In this document: piece after piece, positions 23,619 to 32,799 of the stretch
How the letters are laid out: each line of letters opens with the position of its first letter
How positions within the stretch are numbered: position 1 is the stretch's first letter
The notes under the pieces: model-generated
Told to the model about the DNA's origin: nothing
What the model saw: only the letters and a program-made list of their open reading frames with translations
Databases searched by the model: none
Program-made: the position numbers and the translations under genes
Assembly: GCA_038063255.1 (NCBI GenBank)
Contig: JBBTVL010000015.1
Span: 1 to 42,688, forward strand
Direction of reading: 5' to 3'
Source of the DNA: Patescibacteria group bacterium
GTDB taxonomy: Bacteria; Patescibacteriota; Minisyncoccia; Phycocordibacterales; VMEP01
DNA: 42,688 bases

Positions 23619-25166
23619 ATGAAGGAGAAATTTTATCTCACGACGTCTATTGTATATACCAATGCGGCTCCGCATCTCGGGTTTGCTTATGAGCTTGTGC
23701 TTGCCGATATTATTGCAAGATATAAACGCTCACAGGGCATAGACACCTATTTTTTGACCGGAACAGACGAGCACGGCGCCAAAATCGCCAAGGCGGCCGA
23801 AAAAGAAGGTCTTTCCACAAAGGCCTTTGTTAACGAAAACACCAAGCATGTGAAAGCGCTTATCAAGTCGCTTGGCGTTTCAAACGACGGATTTATTCGC
23901 ACTTCTGACAAGTTGTGCCATTGGCCGGGGGCGATAAAACTTTGGAAAAAAATCGCGGCTAAAGGAGATTTGTATAAAAAGAAATATAAAGGACTCTACT
24001 GCATGGGGGACGAAGCATTTCATGGAGAGAACACGCTCCTGTGTGGCGAGTGCCCCAACTATCCCGGGCAGGCGCTTGAGGTTGTCGAAGAAGAGAATTA
24101 TTTTTTCAAACTCGGGAACTACACTTCGGAAATTAAAAAAAGAATAACGAGCGGAGAATTAAAAATTATTCCTGCTTCGCGCGGGAAAGAAATAATATCG
24201 CTTCTTGATGAAGGACTTTCTGATGTGAGTTTTTCGCGCCTTGAGGGAGCCATACCATGGGGGATTCCAGTACCCGGCGATTTTTCCCAGATGATGTATG
24301 TCTGGTGCGACGCGCTTTCCAACTATGTTTCGGCGCTTGGTTATGGGTCTTCCGACAAAAAAATGTTTAAGAAATATTGGCCGGCCGATCTGCACCTGAT
24401 TGGCAAGGACATTCTTCGTTTTCATGCTGCAATCTGGCCGGCAATGTTAATATCGGCCGGCCTGCCGCTTCCAAAGTCTATAATGGTGCACGGATTTATC
24501 ACTTCCGACGGAAAAAAAATGTCGAAAAGTCTAGGTAATGTAATTGACCCGATGGCGCTTATAAATGAATTCGGCAAAGACGCCTTTCGCCATTATTTTT
24601 CAAGCGAGATGTCTCCATATGAAGACGGTGATTTTAGCCGCGAAAAATTTATTGAAAATTATAATGGGAATCTTGCCAACGGACTCGGTAACTTGGTTTC
24701 CCGCGTGCTTAAAATGTCTTCTCTTTATTTCGGTGGTATCGTAAAAGGCAATACATGCGATCTGGCGCCTCTTCAGGATCATATGAAAACTGTGTCGGGT
24801 GAGGTGTTGCGGGAGCTCGGCAGTATCGAAAATTTTATAAATTCTAAAATTTTTCCGGAATACCAGCGGGCGATGGAGGTTTACGAAATCCACAAGGCCT
24901 CAAACGCGATATGGCGGCTTATCAAGACACTTGATTTATATGTGTCCGGTTACGAGCCGTTTAAGCTTATAAAAACAAATAGAGAAAAAACAGAAGGAGT
25001 AATATTCAATCTTCTTTTCGGACTTGAGAAAATTTCTGAAATGCTTTTGCCATTTCTCCCAGATACCGCCCTAAAAATTACGGAGCTTATTGGCAGAGTT
25101 GGAAAGGGGAATATGGAGTATCGTACAAGCATACTAGATACCCCGCTTTTCCCGCGCAAGGATTAA
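23619..25166 (+). CDS. metG: Methionine--tRNA ligase
   Basis: 515 aa with YLTTSIVYTNAAPHLGFAYE, a Cys knuckle and KMSKSLGN. Confidence 0.9.
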   Translation: MKEKFYLTTSIVYTNAAPHLGFAYELVLADIIARYKRSQGIDTYFLTGTDEHGAKIAKAAEKEGLSTKAFVNENTKHVKALIKSLGVSNDGFIRTSDKLCHWPGAIKLWKKIAAKGDLYKKKYKGLYCMGDEAFHGENTLLCGECPNYPGQALEVVEEENYFFKLGNYTSEIKKRITSGELKIIPASRGKEIISLLDEGLSDVSFSRLEGAIPWGIPVPGDFSQMMYVWCDALSNYVSALGYGSSDKKMFKKYWPADLHLIGKDILRFHAAIWPAMLISAGLPLPKSIMVHGFITSDGKKMSKSLGNVIDPMALINEFGKDAFRHYFSSEMSPYEDGDFSREKFIENYNGNLANGLGNLVSRVLKMSSLYFGGIVKGNTCDLAPLQDHMKTVSGEVLRELGSIENFINSKIFPEYQRAMEVYEIHKASNAIWRLIKTLDLYVSGYEPFKLIKTNREKTEGVIFNLLFGLEKISEMLLPFLPDTALKITELIGRVGKGNMEYRTSILDTPLFPRKD

Positions 25167-25215
25167 TAAAAAACGCGCGGCCATTTGACCACGCGCTGTC
25201 ACTTCTCGGAAAGTT

Positions 25216-25755
25216 TTATGTGCGAAGATGTTGCCATCCTTGCGCGAATAACTCTCGGAAATCGCGCCGAACCTTCTCGACTCGTGTGCGCAGGCCAAAA
25301 CTGTTCCTGATGGCCGCAAAGATCTGATGCTGGCCAACAAAGATTTCCGAAATAGGCGTTGTCTTTTCTCCGAAAATCTTTTCGCCCATAAGGTAGTGTC
25401 GTGGAATGGAAAAATCAATATCCTCGTCGCGAATTTCCATTCCTTCCCCAGTTCGCTGTTGAAAGGCAAAGCACCGACAGCGGACATAGAATTCCTGGCC
25501 AGCGTAGTTGTAGCCAATGCCACCGCTTGATATTGCCACCGACAGATTGGTAGCAATATGACTGCTTCTTGGGTTGTCTCCGAAATGATTGATTTTCAAG
25601 ACCCAACACCCCCGCTTGAGTCGCTTGTCCAAGGTGAGCAATTTCTTAAGCACTACGTCCTCGATATTGCGCAAGGCAGTGTCGTAAGCAGAAGCTTTTT
25701 TGAACCACTCGCGGAACTGCTTTTCCCGTTGCTGAAACGGAAGATGGCTTCTCAT
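25216..25755 (-). CDS. Hypothetical protein (179 aa), G+C-rich orphan on the opposite strand
   Basis: Longest frame in a G+C-rich patch between metG and tatD. On the minus strand a gcgcg/cgcgc hairpin plus T-run follows it. No domain recognised. Confidence 0.45.
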   Translation of the reverse strand: MRSHLPFQQREKQFREWFKKASAYDTALRNIEDVVLKKLLTLDKRLKRGCWVLKINHFGDNPRSSHIATNLSVAISSGGIGYNYAGQEFYVRCRCFAFQQRTGEGMEIRDEDIDFSIPRHYLMGEKIFGEKTTPISEIFVGQHQIFAAIRNSFGLRTRVEKVRRDFRELFAQGWQHLRT

Positions 25756-25828
25756 GGTGTTCCCTTTTTGTGAAGGTTGGACTTCAGTCTAAACGCACAA
25801 TATACTTTGTCTAAACAACTGTCAATTT

Positions 25829-26638
25829 ATGAAAATAAATTATATAGACATACATTCCCACATCCACGACAAAGAATTTGATAAAGACCGTGATGAGGTT
25901 TTGGCGAGAATGAAGGAAAGTAATATAGCCACGATTACAATAGGAACACATCTTGAAAGTTCAAGAAAAGCCGTCGCGCTTGCTGAAAAAGAATCTCTAG
26001 TTTATGCAACAGTTGGAATTCACCCAACTGACACAAAAGTTGAAATAGTTTCCAAAGAACTTGAAGAATTGGCTCATCACAAAAAAGTTGTGGCGATAGG
26101 CGAGTGCGGGTTAGATTATTTTCGCGGGAGTACATCAGAAGTCGAGAAAAAACGCCAACGTGCGCTTTTTGAATCGCAAATTGAACTAGCGATTAAAGTT
26201 GATAAGCCACTAATGATTCATGGCAGGCCTTCCCGCGGCAGCATGGACGCCTATTTGGATATTTTAGAAATTCTTACCCCGTACAAATTGGAACACGGGG
26301 AACATTTAAGGGGAAACATTCATTTTTTCTCAGGAAATAAAGAAATTGCCCAAAAATTTCTGGATTTGGGGTTCACGATGTCGTTTACGGGAGTGGTAAC
26401 ATTTACCCACGATTACAATGACGTTATTCGTTTTCTTCCTCTTACTTCAATTATGTCCGAAACGGATTCGCCCTATGTGGCGCCCGTACCTTATCGCGAC
26501 AAGCGCAACGAACCGTTATTTATACGTGAGACGGCCGCCCAAATAGCCAGAATTAGAGGAGAAAACGAGAATATGGTGGCGGAAGCGCTCTTCAAAAATG
26601 CAATAGATAGCTTCGGATTACATGACCTTTTTGACTAA
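25829..26638 (+). CDS. tatD: TatD-family metal-dependent hydrolase
   Basis: 269 aa with IDIHSHI (HxH), GECGLDY, HGR and SETDSPY. Confidence 0.85.
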   Translation: MKINYIDIHSHIHDKEFDKDRDEVLARMKESNIATITIGTHLESSRKAVALAEKESLVYATVGIHPTDTKVEIVSKELEELAHHKKVVAIGECGLDYFRGSTSEVEKKRQRALFESQIELAIKVDKPLMIHGRPSRGSMDAYLDILEILTPYKLEHGEHLRGNIHFFSGNKEIAQKFLDLGFTMSFTGVVTFTHDYNDVIRFLPLTSIMSETDSPYVAPVPYRDKRNEPLFIRETAAQIARIRGENENMVAEALFKNAIDSFGLHDLFD

Positions 26639-26676
26639 TATACCCTCCTCTGATAGCATGGGGGAATTCAGAACTT

Positions 26677-26789
26677 ACTTGTCCTGTTAGAAGTTTAAGA
26701 TTAAGGTTAAAATACCGTGGGTGAAGCCGTAAGGCGCTACGCTAACAAAAATTCATTAAAAGAAATAATTAATACGAACTTCTAATAGG
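26677..26789 (+). repeat. Start-codon-abutting leader hairpin (rpsF copy), inverted duplicate of 28624-28736
   Basis: CCTGTTAGAAGTT (26683-26695) pairs with AACTTCTAATAGG (26777-26789). ATG at 26790. 110/113 identical to the efp copy. Confidence 0.8.
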
Positions 26790-27260
26790 ATGGTAAAAAA
26801 CGCTCCCGCAGTTGAAGTAAAAGAAGAGGGGAAGAGAATCTACGAAGTGGGCTATCTTCTAACGGCTTCTTTGTCCGAAGAAAAACTTTTCCAACTGGTG
26901 GAAGACTTGAAGGGCGCCATTGTAAAAGACGGAGGCGCCATCATCACCCTAGAATTTCCTAAACTCCGCGATCTTGCTTACCCGATGTCTAAAATGATAG
27001 GCCACAAAAAAGAAATTTTCGGGAGCGCCTATTTTGGTTCTATTAAGTTTGAACTTGAAGCGGAAAATATTTCAAATATTAAAAAATATTTTGAATCGCT
27101 GGAGTCTGTGGTAAGATTTCTCCTAATTACTACTGTTCGCGAGAATACCATGTATTCGCGCCGCGTAGCATTCCGCCCGAATGATCGCCCCCGCGCCAAA
27201 AAAGGAGCGAAGATGAGCGAAGAAGAAATGGAGAAAACGGTCGCCGAATTAGTTAAATAA
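26790..27260 (+). CDS. rpsF: 30S ribosomal protein S6 (with C-terminal extension)
   Basis: 156 aa with a YEVGYLL start and LAYPM. Synteny rpsF-ssb-rpsR. Confidence 0.8.
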   Translation: MVKNAPAVEVKEEGKRIYEVGYLLTASLSEEKLFQLVEDLKGAIVKDGGAIITLEFPKLRDLAYPMSKMIGHKKEIFGSAYFGSIKFELEAENISNIKKYFESLESVVRFLLITTVRENTMYSRRVAFRPNDRPRAKKGAKMSEEEMEKTVAELVK

Positions 27261-27265
27261 AAATT

Positions 27266-27706
27266 ATGTATTTAAACAAAGCACTAATTGTAGGAAATCT
27301 TACCCGCGACCCGGAGATGAAATCTCTTCCTTCGGGTTCGAAAGTAACGACATTTTCTTTGGCGACGAACCGTGTCTGGAAAAATGCTTCAGGCGAGAAA
27401 CAAGAGTCGGTTGATTATCACAATATCGTAGTTTTCGGGCGTCAGGCCGAAACTTCGGCACAATATTTGAAGAAAGGGCAGTCTGTTCTCATTGAAGGGC
27501 GCATCCAGACGAGAAGCTGGGATGATAAGGGTACGGGTGAAAAGAAGTATCGTACTGAAATTGTCGCCGACAGAGTACAGTTTGGGCCAAAAAGCGGAAT
27601 GGGTGGTGGCACTAGTGCTAGTGCTCCTAAACAAGAAACGCCAGAGGCAGAAGGTGGAATCGAGTACCCAACAGAAGAGGCAAATCCGGAAGATATACCC
27701 TTCTAG
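27266..27706 (+). CDS. ssb: Single-stranded DNA-binding protein
   Basis: 146 aa with NKALIVGNLTRDPE, an OB fold, a Gly-rich linker and the acidic tail ...EDIPF. Confidence 0.9.
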   Translation: MYLNKALIVGNLTRDPEMKSLPSGSKVTTFSLATNRVWKNASGEKQESVDYHNIVVFGRQAETSAQYLKKGQSVLIEGRIQTRSWDDKGTGEKKYRTEIVADRVQFGPKSGMGGGTSASAPKQETPEAEGGIEYPTEEANPEDIPF

Positions 27707-27824
27707 CGAAGGCGATACCAATATACAAATGAATACTAATATACGAATGACTACAAATAAGGGTTTAAAATATTAGTATCCATTAGTATAATTCGTAACA
27801 TTAGTAGATTAGTATGTTTATCTT

Positions 27825-28028
27825 ATGAAAAAACAGTGCTATTTCTCGCAAAATAATATTAAGTATATTGATTATAAGGATATTGAAATTCTGAAGAAAT
27901 TTTTGACGCCCCACGCGCGTCTCCAGTCCAGGAAACGTTCCGGCGTTTCTTCAAAAAGTCAGCACCAATTGGCACTCGCCGTCAAGCGCGCCCGATTTTT
28001 AGGACTCTTACCCTATGTCTCCCGTTAA
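27825..28028 (+). CDS. rpsR: 30S ribosomal protein S18
   Basis: 67 aa with IDYKD...LKKFLT....L.SR.SG.S.K.Q..LA.AVKRAR.LGLLPY. Confidence 0.9.
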   Translation: MKKQCYFSQNNIKYIDYKDIEILKKFLTPHARLQSRKRSGVSSKSQHQLALAVKRARFLGLLPYVSR

Positions 28029-28035
28029 CTAAAGA

Positions 28036-28623
28036 CTACTTTTTTTCCACACGCTCCACATATTCTCCAGTTTCAGTATTTACGCGGATTACATCGTCAA
28101 CATTAACAAAGAAGGGGACTGTTACAGTTGCTCCGGTTTCAAGCACTGCCGTTTTTCCCCCACCTGAAGCGGTATTTCCTTTTATAGAGGGCGGTGCGTC
28201 GGTAACCTTAAGTTCAACTTTAATAGGCAAACGAATGCCAATAATTTTCGGTTCCTCATCGTCATCTTCTGAAAAAGTAAGCACTTCCACTAAAATATTG
28301 CCTTTTAGAAATTTTTTTGGTTCGCCTAACAGTTTTTCGTCTATTTTAAACCGCTTGCTCGGATCTTTTTCCTCGCAAAACCAATATTCTCCTTTATTGT
28401 GATACAAAAATTTAACAGTTCTTTTTCCTAAATCGGCTTCTTCTACTTTGTCCGTGGCATGAAATGTCGCCGGCACGATTCTGCCGTTCAAAAGACTCCT
28501 TAATTTAGTTTGGTTTTGCGGTTTGCGCATCTGTGTCCGTGCCACATGTGAATCAATCACCTCATAGGGCTCTTTATTGTAGATAATATATTTTCCAGGA
28601 CGTATTTCGCTGTATTCAAGCAT
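28036..28623 (-). CDS. efp: Elongation factor P (non-canonical beta3-beta4 loop)
   Basis: 195 aa. EPYEVIDSHV....TKLRSLLNG and three-domain length support the call. The PGKG loop is replaced by RTQMRKP. Confidence 0.85.
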   Translation of the reverse strand: MLEYSEIRPGKYIIYNKEPYEVIDSHVARTQMRKPQNQTKLRSLLNGRIVPATFHATDKVEEADLGKRTVKFLYHNKGEYWFCEEKDPSKRFKIDEKLLGEPKKFLKGNILVEVLTFSEDDDEEPKIIGIRLPIKVELKVTDAPPSIKGNTASGGGKTAVLETGATVTVPFFVNVDDVIRVNTETGEYVERVEKK

Positions 28624-28736
28624 CCTATTAGAAGTTCGTATTAATTATTTCTTTTAATGAATTTTTGTTAGCGTAGCGCCTCTCGGCTTCACTCACGGTA
28701 TTTTAACCTTAATCTTAAACTTCTAACAGGACAAGT
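28624..28736 (-). repeat. Start-codon-abutting leader hairpin (efp copy)
   Basis: Reverse complement of this span equals the rpsF leader apart from 3 substitutions. The arm ends at position -1 of the efp ATG (28623). Confidence 0.8.
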
Positions 28737-28781
28737 GGATACCGGCTTATTGTAAGGATTTTTTTAAAAATGTCTATAACT

Positions 28782-28814
28782 CCCCCACTTGGCGGTTAAA
28801 CCGCCAAGTGGGGG
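28782..28814. repeat. CACTTGG-family hairpin (14-bp perfect stem) between recA 3' end and the efp leader
   Basis: cccccacttggcgg-ttaaa-ccgccaagtggggg. Confidence 0.7.
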
Positions 28815-28851
28815 GGTGAGAAAAGATATAATCAACAATAGGGCGGATTTT

Positions 28852-29871
28852 TTACTTCGGTTCTTCGGATAGTTTTTTTCTAATGTCTTTTTCTATAGTA
28901 TTTGCTACTTTCGGATTCTCTCTCAAAAATGTTCTAGTGGCGTCATATCCGCGCCCGAGTTTGGTGTCGCCATATTCATAACTCTGCCCTCCTTTTTTAA
29001 TTATTCCGAACTTTTCCCCGAGAGCGATAAGTTCACCCTCTTTGGAAATGCCTTCGCCGTATATAATATCGAATTCAGTGCTTTTAAATGGCGCGGCTAC
29101 TTTATTTTTCACTACTTTCACCCGCGTGCGCGAGCCGACGGTCTCCTCTCCTTTTTTAATCGAGGCAATTTTCCTGATATCAATGCGTACTGATGTATAA
29201 AACTTGAGTGCTTTCCCGCCCGGCGTGGTCTCTGGATTGCCGAACATTACCCCGATTTGCATTCTGATTTGATTGATGAAAATAACCACGGTTTTTGATT
29301 TGGCGGTGATGGCGGTCAATTTGCGGAGCGCTTGAGACATCAATCGCGCCTGCTTGCCGACATGGTACGCCCCCATATCGCCCTCGATTTCGTCTTTAGG
29401 CGTCAAGGCCGCCACCGAGTCAATAACAACGACATCAATTTTTCCCGAACGCACCAAGCTTTCCACAATTTGAAGCGCTTGTTCACCGGTGTCCGGCTGG
29501 GAGATAAGCAGGTCGTTTATTTTTAGCCCTAATTTTTTTGCGTATTCCGGGTCCATAGCGTGTTCAGCGTCAACGAAAGCGCATATTCCGCCGGCTTTCT
29601 GCGCCTCGGCAATGATATGGAGAGTGAGCGTAGTTTTGCCTGAAGATTCTGGGCCGAAAACTTCAATGATTCTGCCGCGCGGAATCCCGCCCGCTCCTAG
29701 AGCGTAGTCAAGACCGATCGAACCGCTGGAGATAACTCCCACACTGCTCACTTTCGGTTTATCGCCCAACTTCATAATGGCTCCCTCGCCGAATTTCGTT
29801 TCTATTTCGCGAATCGTGTCTTCTATTGAAGCGCCTATTTCCTTATCTTCTTTTTTTATTTTTTTAATCAT
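28852..29871 (-). CDS. recA: Recombinase RecA
   Basis: 339 aa with GPESSGKTT (Walker A) and FINQIR. Preceded by ATAACGGG directly before the ATG. Confidence 0.95.
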   Translation of the reverse strand: MIKKIKKEDKEIGASIEDTIREIETKFGEGAIMKLGDKPKVSSVGVISSGSIGLDYALGAGGIPRGRIIEVFGPESSGKTTLTLHIIAEAQKAGGICAFVDAEHAMDPEYAKKLGLKINDLLISQPDTGEQALQIVESLVRSGKIDVVVIDSVAALTPKDEIEGDMGAYHVGKQARLMSQALRKLTAITAKSKTVVIFINQIRMQIGVMFGNPETTPGGKALKFYTSVRIDIRKIASIKKGEETVGSRTRVKVVKNKVAAPFKSTEFDIIYGEGISKEGELIALGEKFGIIKKGGQSYEYGDTKLGRGYDATRTFLRENPKVANTIEKDIRKKLSEEPK

Positions 29872-29913
29872 CCCGTTATTTTTTTTATTTTTAATTTTTC
29901 AACTTTTATTTTT

Positions 29914-30270
29914 TTACTGCCGTTCTTTGCGTACGATTTCTAATTCAACTTTTTTTGTTTTTCCAAAACGATCTGTCCCCGCCACACTTATTATATTATA
30001 ACCTTCCGTCACTACCAATTGATCCTTAAATACTCCATTTTGGTCGATTGAAATCGTCCGGCCGTTGATGGAAATTTTGGAGATATTTTTCGTTATGCCT
30101 TCTATGGGTAAAGTTGAGCTTAGAACTACTGCTCCACTGCGCGGAGTCTGCACGGTTATTTTTGGTCCCATGATAAGGTTTTTAGTTTTATCAAACGCGT
30201 AGAGCACGATTATAAGCGCAAGCGCGATACCTAGGGATAATTTAAGCGCGCGCCGCGGATCTTTGTTCAT
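29914..30270 (-). CDS. Small membrane-anchored protein with a beta-rich ectodomain (118 aa)
   Basis: I chose ATG at 30270 (MNKDPRR...) because the leader hairpin ends at position -1. The ORF-track extension to 30309 lies in the hairpin arm. Confidence 0.55.
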   Translation of the reverse strand: MNKDPRRALKLSLGIALALIIVLYAFDKTKNLIMGPKITVQTPRSGAVVLSSTLPIEGITKNISKISINGRTISIDQNGVFKDQLVVTEGYNIISVAGTDRFGKTKKVELEIVRKERQ

Positions 30271-30389
30271 CCCGTTAGAGGCAGGTCGCGTTCGTAACGC
30301 CCTGCGCAAAATTATTATTAAAAATTTGGATTATTTCTATCATATTACATTAATTATGCGAAATTTACTCGACCGCGGCCTCTAACGGG
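30271..30389 (-). repeat. Start-codon-abutting leader hairpin (copy downstream of ftsK)
   Basis: On the minus strand, CCCGTTAGAGGCCGCGGTC ... CGCGACCTGCCTCTAACGGG-ATG. It fills the whole gap from 2 nt after the ftsK stop to the ATG. Confidence 0.7.
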
Positions 30390-30391
30390 AT

Positions 30392-32599
30392 TCATGGTTG
30401 TTCACCCTCCCCCGTCCCTTTCGCGCTAAGAAGTACATCGCGCGCTTTGGCGCCGTCGCCCGGCCCGATTACGCCCTTTTCTTCAAGCATATCGATAAGC
30501 CGGGCCGCCCGGGCATAGCCGACTTTTAATTTGCGCTGAAGATACGACGATGAAGCTTTGCCGGCTTCAGTCACCACCCGCCTAGCTTCTTCATAAAGTT
30601 CATCATCGTCTTCAATGGTGCTATCGTCATCAACCGTCGCCTCAAATATTGATTTGTTGCTGGGCGCGTCAGTCATCGTTACTTCGGTGGGTAGCTCGTC
30701 TTTGTATTGGTCGGCAAGATATTTCACTACTTTTTTGACTTCCTGCTCGCTGATATATGCCGATTGGATGCGCTCCGGTTTTGACATGTCGCCCGAAATG
30801 TAAAGCATATCGCCGGCACCGAGAAGCGTCTCCGCTCCGCCGGTATCCAAAATCGTGCGCGAATCAATCTGTGAAGAGACCTGAAGCGCGATTCGAGCGG
30901 GAATATTGGCCTTAATAAGACCGGTGATGACATCAACGCTCGGACGCTGGGTGGATAAAATGAGATGAAGGCCCACCCCCCGCGCCATTTGCGCCAGACG
31001 CACCACGCCGGCCTCAAGCTCCCTAGGATAGGTTGACATAATGTCGGCCAGCTCATCAATGACGATGACGATATAAGGCATTCGCTCGGGCAGTTCTACG
31101 AATTCGTCGCTTACTTTTTTATTTTTGTGTTTTGAATAAGCCGGGAAGACGATATTGGAATGATACGATTCTATGTCGCGCACGGATTCAGTTTCTAATA
31201 TGTCATAACGGCGCTCCATTTCTTTAGCCGCCCACTTAAGCGCCAGAATCGCTTTCTTAGCGTCGGTTATAACAGGAGTGAGAAGATGGGGGATTCGGTT
31301 ATAAAGCGTCAGCTCGACACGCTTAGGGTCTATCATGATGAAGCGAAGGTCTTCCGGAGAATTGCGGTATATGAGCGAGTTGATGATGGCATGTATGGTA
31401 ACCGATTTCCCAGAACCAGTTGCCCCGGCGATTAAAAGGTGCGGCATCTTTCCCAAGTTGGCAAAAATTGATTTACCGGAAACGCTTCGTCCCAAAGTAA
31501 GCATCAGCGGCCTGGTAGCACCCGTGAATTTTTCATCGGAAAAAAGCGTCGCCAGTCCCACTGTTGCTCTCACTGTGTTTGGAATTTCAACGCCGACCAG
31601 GGATTTGCCCGGAATCGGCGCTTCTATGCGAAGAGGGTGGGCGGCAAGCGCTAGCGAAAGATCATTTTTGAGTCCGACAATCCGCGAAAGTTTTATTCCC
31701 TCGGCGGGTTTAAGGGCATAACGAGTGACGGTCGGGCCGATTGATACTTCATCCATTTCCACATCAATGCCAAAATTCTGAAGTGTGCGTTTTATAATGT
31801 TGGCGTTGGTCTTGATGTCGCCGACATCGGGCTTGCCTCTGTCAGTCTCAAATATAGAAAGCGGCGGGGGAGCGTAATTGGCAAATCTGCGGATGTCTTT
31901 TAATCCCTTGGGACTTATCAGGATTTCTTCTTCTTTTTCATTTTTCTTTGAGGCGATACCAAGAACTTTAGCGACGGACGATTCTTCTTTTTTACCGTCG
32001 TCTCCGTTTTGGGTAGCGCCGTTTACTACCAAGGGAGTGATTTCCGTTTCGCTATCATTTTCTTTTGCATCTCTTTTGCCCAAAAATCGCCTCCAGAAAA
32101 AAAATAATTCTTTGCTGGGACGGGCATCAAATATTACCAAAAAGGAAATTAAAAGAAGACCTATAAGTGCCACCAAGCTCACATAGACATCAAAAAGCAA
32201 GATGAGCGGATACGACACAAGTCCGCCGATGATTCCGCCAGCGTCCCCCGGAAGAGTTATATCAATGATTCCCAATCCCGATATAAGGAAAAGAATAGAC
32301 CCAAGTATATGGGCTAGAGCTAGAGCGGGGCGAACCCCGCGCACAAAAGAAATTGCAAGCATGAGAGAGAGCGTCGGGAGAAGGTAATAACCGACCCCAA
32401 AAAAAAGCGTCAAGTATTCAAATAGAGTGTTCCCGGCGGGTCCTGATTTACCAAGAGAGGCAAGCACAAAAAGGATAGCAAGAATAAAGAATATAATTGC
32501 CAAGACCGCATGCACCGTATCTTCCTTAAGCCCCGGGTTTAGTTTTCCTATGCGAGAGAACAAATTTATTTCGTCCCTTTTCCCATTCTTTTTAGCCAT
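30392..32599 (-). CDS. ftsK: DNA translocase FtsK
   Basis: 735 aa with N-terminal TM segments, GATGSGKS Walker A, the LVVIDELADL-like IVIVIDELADIM, and a C-terminal gamma wHTH (YLQRKLKVGYARAARLID). Confidence 0.9.
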   Translation of the reverse strand: MAKKNGKRDEINLFSRIGKLNPGLKEDTVHAVLAIIFFILAILFVLASLGKSGPAGNTLFEYLTLFFGVGYYLLPTLSLMLAISFVRGVRPALALAHILGSILFLISGLGIIDITLPGDAGGIIGGLVSYPLILLFDVYVSLVALIGLLLISFLVIFDARPSKELFFFWRRFLGKRDAKENDSETEITPLVVNGATQNGDDGKKEESSVAKVLGIASKKNEKEEEILISPKGLKDIRRFANYAPPPLSIFETDRGKPDVGDIKTNANIIKRTLQNFGIDVEMDEVSIGPTVTRYALKPAEGIKLSRIVGLKNDLSLALAAHPLRIEAPIPGKSLVGVEIPNTVRATVGLATLFSDEKFTGATRPLMLTLGRSVSGKSIFANLGKMPHLLIAGATGSGKSVTIHAIINSLIYRNSPEDLRFIMIDPKRVELTLYNRIPHLLTPVITDAKKAILALKWAAKEMERRYDILETESVRDIESYHSNIVFPAYSKHKNKKVSDEFVELPERMPYIVIVIDELADIMSTYPRELEAGVVRLAQMARGVGLHLILSTQRPSVDVITGLIKANIPARIALQVSSQIDSRTILDTGGAETLLGAGDMLYISGDMSKPERIQSAYISEQEVKKVVKYLADQYKDELPTEVTMTDAPSNKSIFEATVDDDSTIEDDDELYEEARRVVTEAGKASSSYLQRKLKVGYARAARLIDMLEEKGVIGPGDGAKARDVLLSAKGTGEGEQP

Positions 32600-32734
32600 A
32601 ATTTAGTAAAGTATAACACAGAGAAAATTATATTTTTTACTCTTTTTGTTGATATTTCAATATTATTTGTTAATTGTTTCCCTCTAATTCCTAATTCCTA
32701 ATCAACTACCAACTACCCTAACCCTTCCCCTCTT

Positions 32735-32762
32735 TTGACTTTCCCAATGTCCCATATATAAT
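32735..32762 (+). promoter_or_regulatory. Sigma70-like promoter TTGACT-16-TATAAT
   Basis: TTGACT at 32735-32740 and TATAAT at 32757-32762. The -10 overlaps the ORF-track ATG at 32761. Confidence 0.5.
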
Positions 32763-32799
32763 GGACATAATTTTTTCTCACAAACTTTATAAAGGACAC

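Noticed and set aside
25134-25556. 140-aa alternative minus-frame ORF overlapping the metG end and the 179-aa gene
   Set aside because: It overlaps the metG 3' end and the terminator. The longer 25216-25755 frame is preferred.
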